A stretch of 64,000 nucleotides of DNA from Octopus sinensis (Eukaryota), in the NCBI RefSeq assembly GCF_006345805.1, contig NC_043000.1:67084001-67148000 (forward strand), in the 5' to 3' direction. Shown here piece after piece: positions 12,770-25,025 of the stretch. A program made the translations under genes and the position numbers. Each line of letters opens with the position of its first letter. Within the stretch, counting starts at the first letter, position 1. A model generated the notes under the pieces. That model saw nothing but the letters and a program-made list of their open reading frames with translations. It was not told the origin of the DNA and did no database searches.

Positions 12770-14130
12770 CAAGAATTTGAATGTCGTTGAAGAATATACA
12801 AATTCCTTCTAAAACGTTTTACATTAATCAACTTACTGAAAAACAGAAAACGTATTAACCGTAAAATGGGAAGCATTGTTTTAAAACAAAGATAAATCTA
12901 ATCCTACTGAGAATACTTTCGGTTTATATCTTACAAAAATCCTCTCCATGTTAAAGAACTAGATGGATTTGGAGAGAACCTAATTAGATTAGTTAAAAGC
13001 ATCAGATTCAGTTACATAAGCAACAACCTCCAGCATAGACTAAAAGAATTTCTAGAACTTAAAATCTTCCCAAATATATTCATTAAAGCCGATAAGTCTA
13101 AAAATCTCTATGAAGCAGACAGACAATATACAGTAAATTATTTGTAGACAACAGCACATATAAGAAAACTGTCCGTAACACATATTAATGAGGAGGCAAA
13201 AAAGTCTAGCAACAATATTAAACATAGACGATTGAGTAGAACTATTTCACTCACACATAACTCTGTAACAATTTTTCTTGTATTTGGTCAGTAAGTGTTA
13301 TTTCCTATGTGCTTCTATCAGGAAATCAATGGAAATGACTACTATTCCCTTCAAACTTTGCTTCCATCACCTGGACATCAATTATACCTCTCCCATCACT
13401 ACGCACCTTTCAGTTGTCATTCTCTTTTCGAATCTGAACATTCCCGCCTAAGCGAAAGTCTATGTTCCCTATTTCTAACACCTACTGACCATAATGCACA
13501 AGGTAGTGCTGAAAAGTTCCTGGTTTTAAGGATAAAAATCATGTTGCACAATGTAATTTATGGTCCTTAAATACCACAAAATTAATTTCAACCCCAATAC
13601 CAGCTACAGATAAGACAACCTTATTAAAAGCTAGATAGCCATTATTAATAAAACGATGCTAGATGAAATTGCTCTACATAATACAGTTGCCTCAAACTCC
13701 ACTCATTGGATATGTAGGAGCACTACAGTTGAATGGTTTAAGTGTATGAATGACATACAGTTTGTTTCATATTGAATTTTACAAGTCAATCTCAAAGAAA
13801 AAAAATCTCCTACATCGGGCCCTCAAGTTTGGTAAGCTATATAGTCACCAATTGTGAAATTAATATTATCATGAACATTAGAAAATCGTTACTATTTCGC
13901 GACAATTTCCGTTGAATAAAAATGAATGGTGATGTTTCCTTCCAAGTTGCGATGGAGAGCCACTACGGGGCTGAAATCGTAGTTCTATTTGGATTGTGTA
14001 TTCTATACGTGTAACATAAATAACGAGTGATGGGGGTCAACAAAAGTTCATATAAGGATGACGGATCAGGAGTAGTATATAACAGAAATGGACATGACAT
14101 AGCCCACTATTAGAAATAAAACTAATTGCG
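12770..14130 (+). pseudogene. Decayed Penelope-like RT (Naiad-type), interrupted at about 13255-13535
   Basis: SLKNIQIPSK, VKELDGF, IFIKADKSKNLY, VEWFK, IIMNIRKSLLF, AMESHYGAEIVVLFGLCILY across shifting frames. Confidence 0.75.
13380..13484 (+). repeat. 105-bp inverted copy of 15172-15276 (Penelope RT fragment)
   Basis: 4 mismatches by manual alignment. Confidence 0.92.
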
Positions 14131-14373
14131 ACATTCACATAATTTTACCTAAATAGTCAACTATTTAGATATTAACATGATATGCTACCTAAGTATAGGT
14201 AGAGGAATACTTTTACACGCGCGTGTACACACACATACACACACACATGTACACGAAGGTTATTAACTTGTATACGAGTATGACCATCACTGACAAAACA
14301 ATGCCTGTGCAAAAATTTAGGTCCAACAAGGCTACCACAACACCTCATGATGCTTTTCCACCTTACTGACACG

Positions 14374-15545
14374 ATTCAAAAACAATTAAGAGTGAGCGTG
14401 TGGTCGGCTATACGAAAGAGAGCAGAGATACTAGGATAGAGAGGGATACAGGGGTTGAGAAAGTATCTGAGAGCACGGTGGTCCATACCGTGAGGAATTA
14501 CGGTGTATAAGGAGTTGATATGCATGATGAAAATAAGGCGAGAGGGGCTGGGGAATAAGGAGTAAGAGTAGGAGAGACAAACAACATGGCTAGTGTCATA
14601 GATGTGGGAGGAGAACAAGCAAAGGTGTAAGAAGAGTGCCGAAGTTGACGGAAATGAGTTCAGTGGGACAGATAGAGACGATGGGGCAGGCGTAGTTTTC
14701 AGGTTTAGGGTTTAGGGAAGGAAGAATATTCTAGGTGTACTGGAAGCAGTGAGGGTTGGAAACAAGTGATGAGGAAATGAGTTGACAGATGCTGTACGAA
14801 ACGCGGTATGTGTGTTTACAATGCAAAAAGACAAATGAAGAGGGGGTTCCGGAGTTATCGTATAGCTTCTATTCTGTAAGGGTCATCCTACCATACCCCA
14901 ATGATGCTGGTTTCGGGACGATATCATCGCGGAATCGAATGAAATGGAGAGCGAGGAGTTTTGCTTTCAGAACGCTTTCAGAAATCGAAGCGGTCTACTG
15001 TACAGCGACATGCATCGGTAAATAGATCCAGAGTGCTGAACTGGCCGGGACTTGACATCCAATTCAATGGTCAGTGACCCAGGTCCGCGAATCAAAGGCA
15101 TTCTGAGCGGGAGGTACATCATAAAAAAAAGGCACATAAACCGTTCGGCTTCGGTGTTGGTTCGGAACTGGTAGGTGTTAGAAATAGGAAACATAGACCT
15201 CCGCTTAGGAGGGAATGTTCAGATTCGAAAAGAGAATGACAACTGAAAGGTGCGTAGTGATGGGAGAGGTATAATTGGCGAGGGGGATTGGTGTGGGTTG
15301 GGTGCAGGAGATGGGGTGGAAGAAGAGGGGCAGGAAAGCTGTAGATGGGCTGGGAAAGGGGAGTGGGGATGTGACAGAATAAGACGGGCGAGAGGACAGG
15401 GAGAGTAGAAGAAAGGGAGTGGGACTGAGAGTGGGAGGATCGGGGTTGTGGAGAAGAGAGTGCAGTTTGTGTTGCTCAATGGGGGTGACGGTAATGAAAT
15501 GAAGAAGTCGACCATTAAGGTAGTGGAGGAAACAGATAATGCGGG
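14374..15545 (-). pseudogene. Penelope-like RT 5' half (Neptune/Poseidon-type), decayed
   Basis: ESEHSLLSGGLCF, PIVS-CPTELIS, RLIFIMHINSLYTVIPH, LTLNCF. Confidence 0.85.
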
Positions 15546-15640
15546 CAAGGATGGAGCGGCAGGAATTTAGGATATTAATGGAATACTACTTTAAGAATAA
15601 CGACAGAACATTTACTGATGTAGAACTCACTACTGAGAGT

Positions 15641-15839
15641 CAGGGCCGGTTTTAAATTAAATAGACTGATTTATTGAAATTGGGCCCTGCACCAATTTCT
15701 GCACTCACTCGAGCAGGTGACGCTATGATGAATTTTTAATATATCAAGCCCTAAGCGCTGGGACTGGTGTACTATACGAAGCTTTTGTAGAGTAAAGAGC
15801 TTCACTGACAATTCTCAAATTGGGCCCTGCACTTCCCTG
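15641..15839. mobile_element. hAT-type MITE
   Basis: CAGGG...CCCTG termini flanked by a perfect 8-bp TSD CTGAGAGT (15633-15640, 15840-15847). Confidence 0.8.
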
Positions 15840-15930
15840 CTGAGAGTTGTGTTAAATTTATTACAAAATACGTTTCACCTAACCAGCAAATGGTATTCAT
15901 TTCTGGTGTTTATAGAGGAAAATAAATGTT

Positions 15931-16229
15931 TTTTCTTTTGCTTGTTTCATTCATTGGGCTGCGGCCATGCTTGAGCACCGCCTTGAAGGGTTTAGTAAAA
16001 TGACACAACACAAAAACACAGGCACGCACGTAGACACATATATATAAACACACATATATATACGACGGGCTTTTTTCAGTTTCTGTCAACTAAACCCATT
16101 TACAAGGCTTTGGTCAGCTCAGGGCTATAAGTAGAAGACATTTACACAAGGTGCCGCGCAGTGGGATTGAACGCAAGATTGCATGGTTGGAAAGCAATCT
16201 TCTTAATCATGCAACCACCCCTGCGCCTA
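15931..16229 (-). mobile_element. SINE family A, internally deleted
   Basis: Head and tail motifs on the minus strand. Confidence 0.85.
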
Positions 16230-16358
16230 ATTTTCATTACATAAGAGGTGAAGCCAGTTCTATACTTGAGAAGGTGAAGTTTTAATAGTAACCTACATTG
16301 CTTGTTAATTTTACAATGAAAGGAATGTTATTTCTATTAGCAGTAGATATCAGAAATA

Positions 16359-16915
16359 TTGGGTAAGTCAAAAAGTCCATTGGGTTTTATTAAGCGAAAA
16401 GAAGACAAGTTTTAAACATAAAGTGATTTATTTAATGAATGATTACCATTTCATTCAAGTATCTTTTGCCATCTTGTAGGCGCATCCATTATTTCTACTC
16501 AATTTCCCGTCTTTACTGGCGAAAATTTCTTCCGGGTCAATTTTTACATGATCTTCAGAGTTGAATGAATTTTCAAGTGACCAAAACAAGTGGAAATCAG
16601 AAGGTGCAAGAACAGAAGTATATGGAGGATGCGGCATAACTTCCCAGTCAAGCCCCTGTAACATATGCTGCGTCTGCAAAGAAGTGTGCGTTTTGGCGTT
16701 GTCGTGATGAAAGACAATGCCCTTACGATTAACAAATGCTGGGCACTTCTGGTGGATCGGTGTATTTAATTTGTCCAGCTGGTACACATTCGAGTTGACG
16801 GTCTGTTCGTAGGAAGAAGCTCGTAAAAGATACGGCCCTTCCAATTCCACCAAATTGAAAGCATAACATTCTTTGGATGAAGCCCTGCTTTGGAGGTTGT
16901 TTGTGGTGGTTCACT
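16359..16915 (-). mobile_element. Mariner transposon, 3' half
   Basis: KGIVFHHDNAKTH, WEVMPHPPYTSVLAPSDFHLF; terminus TA+TTGGGTAAGTCAAAAAGT at 16357. Confidence 0.9.
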
Positions 16916-16920
16916 GCGTT

Positions 16921-17067
16921 TACTCTTTGTAAGCCTAGTACATTTTCTAACGGTCTCTTTTGCTGAACCGTTAAATTACGGGAACGTAAACACACTAAAA
17001 TCGGTTGTCAAGCGATGATGGGGGACAATCAGAAATACACACAAATACATACATACTTACATGCATG

Positions 17068-17145
<78 letters not shown>
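16921..17145 (-). mobile_element. SINE family A, tail part with (CA)n
   Basis: TTGTAAGCCTAGTAC...GGGAACGTAAACAC...GTTGTCAAGCG. Confidence 0.8.
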
Positions 17146-17929
17146 TGTAGTGGCTTCATGCAGGCATAGCGTGGATTCGATCCTCGATCGGCAAATTTCA
17201 TTTAACCGTTCAACAGTACTTTTCTCACGGCAGTTACATTTGCCAGATGCTTTCGCTAAGCAGAATAATGTCTTTGCCACTTCTAACCTCTTTTAGGCCA
17301 CCAAAAGCTAGAATAGAGATAACAGACCACCAACGAAATTCATTGTTCTCAGCAATATATCTCTCCTAACTAGTTTGAATAATTATAAATACTAAAACAC
17401 CGTAGGAAAAAGTGGATTGGCAAAAAGGAGATGACGCAGAGGCGACCACAGGCAGAATCTTGTTAGTGAGATAATTCAACTGAGAGAAGGCTTACAGTGA
17501 GAATGCCAGCTATGATACAAAGTCTTATCAAAACACCACTGCTGTTTAAGCGTCAAGTACAATGACAGTGTCATTTTATCGACTTTCTACACTTAACGTT
17601 CACTGTATCGTCCTCTAATTCCTAGTTAGGCAGCTAGCAGTTGACCAAACATAAACAGCAACAACACACAAGAAAAGATAACCCTATTGTTTTTATATGA
17701 TACTCACACCTGCCCGTCGAGGCATGGTATTATACAAAGTAGTGGTAAATAAATATTTCTTTATAACTTCAATCACTGTTATTCTTCCATCGTGCACATC
17801 TGCAACAGCAACACCCGATACAGTCGCTAACTGCCGACTCCAATATATATCATAATGCAAGGCAACCTTACCAACAACCGTTACAATTGGTGACCCTCGA
17901 CTGCAACGAAGAACAAACCGTTACATATA

Positions 17930-18090
17930 TATACGACAAGCTTCTTTCAGTTTCCATCTACCAAATCCACTCACAAGGCTTTGGTCGACCTAAGGCTATA
18001 GTAGAAGACACTTGCTCAAGGTGCCACACAGTGGGACTGAACCCGGAACCATGTAGTTGGGAAACAAGCGTCTTACCACACAGCCAAACC
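17930..18090 (-). mobile_element. SINE family A, head half
   Basis: CTTTCAGTTTCC...GGGACTGAACCC...TTACCACACAGCC. Confidence 0.85.
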
Positions 18091-18105
18091 TTTGTATAAA
18101 TAACT

Positions 18106-18383
18106 AGCACTCCGTCAGCTACGACGTCAAGGGATCCAGTTGATTCGTTCAACGGAACAGCCTGCCCGTGAAATTAACGTGCACTCCACAAACACGTGTA
18201 CCCTTAACGTAGTTCTCAGGCAAATTCAGCGTGACACAAAGTGACAAGACCGGCCATTTTGATGTACAGGTACTACTAATTTTTGCCAGCTGACTGGACT
18301 GGAGCAATGTGAAATAAAGTGTCTTGCTCAAGATCTCACGATCGTGAACCGAATACCCAACCCACTAAGCCACGCACCTTCAC
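18106..18383 (-). mobile_element. Chimeric SINE: head like 1043, tail like 58486
   Basis: Minus strand GTGCGTGGCTTAGTGG...TTGAGCAAGAC...TTTCACATTGCTCCA, then GTCACGCTGAAT...GAGAACTACGTTAAG...CGGAGTGC. Confidence 0.8.
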
Positions 18384-18474
18384 GTGTATGAATATATATA
18401 AATATTGATATATGTAAAATGCGCTTAAATATTGATATAAGTAAAATGCGTTTAAAAACTTTATATACTATATA

Positions 18475-18871
18475 GGCGTAGGAGTGGCTGTGTGGTAAGT
18501 AGCTTGCTTACCAACCACATGGTTTCGGGTTCAGTCCCACTACGTAGCACCTTGTGCAAGTGTCTTCTGCTATAACCTCGACCAAAGCCTTGTGAGTGGA
18601 TTTGGTAGACGGAAACTGAAAGAAGCCCGTCGTATATATGTGCGTGTATATGTTTGTGTGTCTGTGTTTGTCCTCCCCCCCCCAACATCGCTTGACAACC
18701 GATGCTGGTGTGTTTACGTCCCCATAAGGCAGTGGTTTGGCAAAAGAGACCGATAGAATAAGTACTAAGCTTACAAAAAATAAGTCCTGGGGTCGATTTG
18801 CTCGACTAAAGGCGGTGCGACAGCATGGCCACAGTCAAATAATGACTGAAACAAGTAAAATAGTAAAGAGT
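18475..18871 (+). mobile_element. SINE family A, full length
   Basis: Complete head, core and tail. Confidence 0.92.
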
Positions 18872-19230
18872 AACGTATACACATACAATCAAGCATATGT
18901 ATACGCACATGCATAGGCAAATATACGTATACCAAGTCGCATATTAAATGTTCACAAATAGATTCCTATAAATACATGTAAAATACACACACACACACAC
19001 ACACACACTCGTAGGAAAAAGACCGGTGTATTAAAAATATGCAAGCAAGGAAATGATAATATGAAGAAAGGGAGTCATATATCTATAAACGAAAGCAGTT
19101 AAACTAATAAAATAAATCAAAATAGAATATTACCCTATAAATTATGTTTAAATACATTATTTTAGTAGGATGTAACTCCTTGAAGATTAATGACACATTT
19201 TATGAAGTAAGACACACAAAATAATAAATA

Positions 19231-19807
19231 CTAGTGGGACCCGTGGAAATTTCACAGAACGAAAAAGATTAAGAGAAGCTATTTAAGGAAGAAAGGATAA
19301 TTTGCTTTTTATTTTTATTTTGCTGAGTTCTTTCACTTCCAGTCGCAATAATATATTATATGGTTTTAAAATTTCCTTCTGTTAAGCACTTTATATTTCT
19401 CTTTTTTTCTCCGCCACTTCAGCAAGCTTTTCAACCTTGTAATTCGTCTCTTCATGTGTTTAACATTTCTCTCTTTCACTTCACCTCCCACTTCCACTAA
19501 CCACATGAGTGACAGCATAATACATCGGTTGGCTATCTGCTCTCTCACTCACTCTCACATTCCCTCTTCTTCTCTCTCACTCCACCACTCCTCTAACAAA
19601 CTAAAGCGTAAAGTGTGAACAACCACATAGAAGAATAATATAAATTTAGTTCAATAAACAAAATACTTTTCACTTTCAACACATCACTGCCACCATTATC
19701 ATCACCTTTATAGTTTTCAGTAATAAAGCTCATTTCATTTCACTTCAGCTGTTTGTTTGTATTTTTTCTTCCTGTAGGTGCACCTCTGACAATACAAACG
19801 CTATCCG

Positions 19808-19838
<31 letters not shown>

Positions 19839-20270
19839 TCCCTTTCTCTCCCCCTCTCTCTCAATGTAACTGCTTCCCCTATCCATCTCTCTCTGCTTTT
19901 CTTTAACCTTACCATCAGAACATCACCCTCTGCTGAATATTGTATCCTAAACATATCTCTTTTTCTTTACCTTTCCCTCCCCACTCTACAGTATGTCATT
20001 AACACTTCTCTCTTCTTCTTTTCTCTCATCGTCTTTTTCTCTCGCTCTTCGACTTTCCCTTCAACTATCCACGTGACGCATTTGGTCTTATTATACATCT
20101 TTCTCTACTTCTTCCCCATTTCTTTCTTCTCTATTCAAATTCCTACCCCTCTCATTTTTACTCCACCTCTCACACATTCCACCACTACCTCTCACTCTCT
20201 CACTTCACCTTCACCTCTCACTCACTCCACCTCCACTTCTCTAACTAATGGGTGAACGCACAAGCAGATT
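19231..20270 (-). mobile_element. Non-autonomous Helitron-like element 1
   Basis: Minus-strand 3' end: hairpin (CTGTGAAATTTCCACGG) + CTAG|T; CT-rich body shared with 20279-21362. Confidence 0.7.
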
Positions 20271-20278
20271 ATTATTTT

Positions 20279-21362
20279 GACAGGTAGGACCCGTGTAAAT
20301 TCAACGGAATGGAAAAATTGCGAGAGCCCATTTAAGAAAGAAAGGATGATTTGCATTTCCATAGCATTCATAGCTTAGCTTTCTTTAAATATTCTTGACG
20401 TTTGTCTATATTAATTTCTTCACGTCTCCGTCAGTGTTGTCTTTTCCCTATTTTTATTATATCTTCTCTCCCCTACTCTATATCTGTGCATCCTTTCTCG
20501 GGCAGCTTGCAACCGTGTTTCTTATGAATCCAGAGTTTAGGCTAAATTAAACTTTATAAACAAATATCAATTTCTAAGCGAGCAGACGATAAATATAATT
20601 ACACTTATGCGTATGCTATGGTCGCTATATAAAAAAAATTAGTTCGATAAAAAAAAAAGTACTTTTCAATATCAGCATACCACACCACCACCACTGCTAA
20701 CTACCCGCGCCTCTCTCTCAATATAACTGCCTCTCCTGTCCATCTCTTTCTACCTTTTCCTTCTGCTAACTTTTTAACCACGTAATAAATATTCCTTCCG
20801 CACCCACTGCACGTCGTTAATACTCCTCCTTTTTCTTTCGTTCTTCGCCTCTATCTTTAGCTGATCACGTGACGATGTGCACTAAGAGTATGACTATTAA
20901 TCACCTTTCTCTACTTCTTTCTCTCTTCTTTCTTCACTCCCCCACTCTCTCCTTTACTCTTACCCTACTTCTCACTCACTCCACCTCCACCTCTCTAATT
21001 AATGTATAACGGGCGGACGAACAAGCAGGGTCATACTGCTAGTGCATGCACATACAGCTGCGTGTGTGTGCACATACACGCGAGTGCTGTCCAAATCTCC
21101 GACCAATCACATACAGCTAGCTGGCATTCAATTGGCGTATCAAGTTTCGGGTATTTTGGTTGGGTTTTGGATAGAAAATTCACAAAAAAGTCACTTCTAT
21201 TGATTTTTTAATGGCTTTGTGGGGTGACTGGGGAAATGTAAAGATGTGCACGACCACCCTTGGACGGTTTTGAATGACCATAGAAAGTGCGAGCCCTCTA
21301 ACTGAAAAATTGTGGATTTGTATAAAGGATACGCAAACAGACATTTTGCCGTTTATATATAT
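20279..21362 (-). mobile_element. Non-autonomous Helitron-like element 2
   Basis: GGACCCGTGTAAATTCAACGG hairpin homologous to 19237; ends in TTTATATATAT. Confidence 0.7.
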
Positions 21363-21363
21363 A

Positions 21364-22208
21364 CTAGCAGAATTGCCCAGCGTTGCTCAGGGCTGAATTG
21401 CTTGAAAGTACTGTTAATGATTGCACTGAATTATGATGATTATTCAGGCAAATATTGATATAAGTTTACGGTGGGAGATAAGGACTTAACGATCAAACGT
21501 GTGCCATTGCATTGTTTTGGGGGAACCAAATTTCTGATGAGCATTATAGGGGCACCAACTTTAAGTTTGAGAAAGTGTGGTGGTAGTCCGGGGTGCTCAA
21601 AGGAATTGAGTACCTCTATTGGATAGTTGATGACGTCCTCTGGGTCAGGAGTTGTATCGATAGACTGATATACATAGACTTCCCCAGGAATGAGTTTTAG
21701 CATTTCATCATTAATATGGTGAACAGTTTTATTCCTCGGGGCCAGTATAGCCTTTTTGCCAATCCAATCCATATTCTGATAATTAGCTTGTAGATCTGGG
21801 AACACTGCATCTCTGAGATCAGAAGGCGTCTTAACAATGTTACAAATGGAATCGATGGCAATATTACCATTTTCATCCCCTGGTATTTTGCCTTCGCCAA
21901 GTGCAAGGAGGGTGTGAAGAAATGCTGCTGATGTGATATTACGTCGCATATGAGCACGCATATTGGTGTGAAGTTTGAGAGTTACTTCCCTTTATTTAAA
22001 AAATATGCATTAAAATGGAAAAAAATGATGGTAAATTATTTGTAAAATCATAGACTCATCGTAGACGCGCGCTAATACCCAGAAGGGCTCGATATGAATC
22101 ACGACTATAAGATACCCGGTTTTGGTTAAACTGCATCGCAAAATGTGGGAGTAGTTAGGAATCTAAATCGGAGTAAACAGACACACAACCTTTCTTTTAT
22201 ATATAAAT
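21364..22208 (-). mobile_element. Helitron deletion derivative carrying a PIF1 helicase fragment
   Basis: 3' hairpin CCCTGAGCAACGCTGGG + CTAG|T; 5' ATTTATATATAAAAG. Confidence 0.88.
21440..21961 (-). pseudogene. Helitron PIF1-like helicase fragment (173 aa open)
   Basis: AILAPRN, YPIEVLNSF, PGLPPHFLKLKVGAPIMLIRNL, CNGTRLIV. Confidence 0.93.
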
Positions 22209-22329
22209 ATTTTCGTCCTAAAAAACTTTGTATGGATTGAATGGTTACCTCTATGGAAATATATACACGCACATTATACATACATGTGTGTATAGATGAA
22301 TATATAAATACATTTAAATATCTATATAC

Positions 22330-23014
22330 ACTTTTGGGCGATCTTTCTGTTTCTTAGAGATAACTTTATCCCGTCCGATTCGCTCCAAAATTTACAGGGA
22401 CATGTAGAATGAGGTGATGATGCTCGTGGGCTAGCTTAGAAATCCCTATCTTAAAAGGTGTGGTTGCTAGGGGCCATCTTCCTCACTCACCCTATTTCCT
22501 CCAGTACCCTGTCACTCCTCTTCATTTGACAAGCCACTACGGTTATTTAATGTAAAGTCTTCCTCAAATCACTCTCTCGCTATTTACTCTCTCCCAAGAA
22601 CATTTTCACTCACTCTTATCTCTTAGCTTCCCATACATTTTACTCATGTATCTATCAGCGTCATAGACAGAAACAAATATTACATCGCCATCGCCATCGC
22701 ATTCTATTGTCTACCTGTCAACACACACACAGTGAATTACTTTCACTTTATTCGTTGCACACTGTGTGTGTGCGTGTGCGTGTGCTTTATCCCACACTAA
22801 GAAAAGCATTTGACTCATACACCACAATGTGAGTTTTCTCTAAACTTTGCTTAATTGGGGTTGAAATTTTAAAAAGTGGACCTAGCAAGACCCGATGCAT
22901 TCTACTCTTAAAAATGCTAGGTAAATTGTAATTGAAGAAATCCTATATTGTAGATTTCTATAAGAGACAAAGGGAGGCAGATAAAATCTGCCTTTTATAA
23001 TAAGAGATATAGAT
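22330..23014 (-). mobile_element. Helitron-like non-autonomous element (5' end preserved)
   Basis: Subterminal palindrome AGGCAGATAAAATCTGCCT (22975-22993), then TTTATAATAAGAGATATAGAT. Confidence 0.5.
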
Positions 23015-23464
23015 ATTATAAGAAGAAAATTGAATATATAGAACTTGCAAGGTCGACAAAAATACAGGAATAATAATAATGGTAATAATAATAAATTCCT
23101 CTCTGGACATACTTTTAAATTATAAATTAAAAATAAGAAATTAAAAATTAAAATCGGTTAACAAAAGCCCATGGATAACATTCAGCATAGTTTGGCGGGA
23201 AACAAAGTGGCCATTCGAAACTATCAAAGAGCGAGACAGCTTGCGAAAAAGTTGAAGGTTTTTTGAAATGTGCATGTATCGTTGAATAAAAATTAGGCGA
23301 TAAAAGTGGGAAATGTCAAGACCAAAGATTTGCTATCCATATGGGATCGTTTGGCAATTCATTAGGTGTCTGCAAAGCGTGTCTGCAGTAGTTCAAGAGC
23401 TCCGCTTTTCGGTTTAAAGCATGCTTGTACTGGAAAAAATATAGAACTTTTCGCTCAAATATAA

Positions 23465-24140
23465 ATGTCATCTCATTGAAATTCTATGAGACCTGTGCCT
23501 GTACGGGGCAGTCTTTTCCAAAACGGTCCAGTAGATTTTAAAAGTTGAACAACTTACTTCTTTGAAATGCCATATGTGTTTGGCCAGGCTAGTTGCAGTT
23601 CTATTTTCTGGATACTTAAAATAATTTCTGTCTAGGTATAGCCTCACTTTTAAAGAATTTTCTGTAGAACGTGTATATATCTTGTATGCATTTATATTAT
23701 CCATCTGGACTTTGGCCATATAGGCAAATTACCTACTAAAAGACAGCAGCTTTGGTCTTTGAAATTACATTTTGGGTTATCTCTTTCTACAGCACCATCA
23801 GTTTTGCTAAGGATTTTTGTACTGTGCAGATTTATTAGAGAAGCGAAATTTTTGCAACAAGAATAGCTAACCTTAAGCATTCTTCTATTGAAGATTCAAT
23901 GGTGTTTGTGGTTGGTTGGAAAGTGTCCAGAAACTAAATTTAAGAATTCTTTGTTTACATTGCTTCTAAATCTTCGGACGGGACAGCTTTTCGAAATGGT
24001 ACCTCGCATTAGAATGATGCATAGCAGTAGATTCTCAGTGAAGATCCAATATATTCAGCCATTTAGGTTGAATTTATTAAAGTCATTTAATATCAGAAAA
24101 ATATTAATTATGTTCGGAGTGAATATTAAGAAATTTAATT
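23465..24140 (-). pseudogene. Penelope-like thumb + GIY-YIG region (Naiad-type)
   Basis: NKEFLNLVSGHFP, MLKVSYSCCKN, CNFKDQSCCLL, STENSLKVRL, TSLAKHIW. Confidence 0.85.
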
Positions 24141-24249
24141 AAAGGAATACTTTCGCTTTTTAATTTCAATTATCATTTATGTTAAATTGAAGTTAAGTTA
24201 AAACGAATGAACGAATTAAAATTAAACAGTATAATAATACTTGATTGTC

Positions 24250-24721
24250 GGTATAAAGCTGATAGTAGAGATAGATGAGAACCAAACCCTTCTAAATAAT
24301 ATATGCAGAGATCTGATCGTATATACAAATACGAGCAAAACGCTCCCCGTCCAATGGACGGTGCTGAGTTGTCAAACATTTAAACCAAATTTTCTCAAAA
24401 CTATTTGTCCGATCGTCCCATAGGCCTCCCCTTTGAGAAACACTGATTTAACCTAAATTTGAGACACCAGCAAAAGAAGAAATAAAGATACCCTTTTTTT
24501 TTATTCCAAAGAAAAACGATTTTATTCACACAAATATGCAACCGAAGAGTTTATCGATCGCATTCTCACCTGGAATCGATTTTTGTAATTTTTTCAAGAC
24601 TTATACATGCCCTGATACCATCGGTATCTACATACCAAATTTGAGCGCAATCGGATGGAGGATGCCCGAGATCCTAGAAGACACACACACACACACACAG
24701 AACGGATTATATATAATAGAT
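24250..24721 (-). mobile_element. Helitron-like non-autonomous element (5' end preserved)
   Basis: ACCAAATTTGAGCGCAATCGG body motif and TTATATATAATAGAT terminus. Confidence 0.5.
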
Positions 24722-24877
24722 GCATACACACACGGACATATACACATATTCGTGTGTGCGTGATTATGTGGGTTCTGTCCTGTATATCTTTCAGTTATTT
24801 TCCTATCGTCTCTTCTTCGGTCGAGCACGTGATCTAGTAGCAAAACCTGAAGATTTCAACTAAGAATATTACAATTA

Positions 24878-25025
24878 CACCGAACCGCAAAAGAAACGCA
24901 ATTTTTTCAAATGTCATTTTTATATGGTAAATTCTGAAAATTTATTTCGGGGATGTTAGAGTAAATATTTCAAGACAAGCTGGTTTATGGCTGAGACCCA
25001 AATTGCAGGTAACCTTTCAACTTTT
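24878..25025 (+). mobile_element. Probable left end of the Tc1 whose transposase resumes at 30487
   Basis: TA+CACCGAACCGCAAAAGAAACGCAA resembles termini of this Tc1 family (recalled). Confidence 0.5.
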
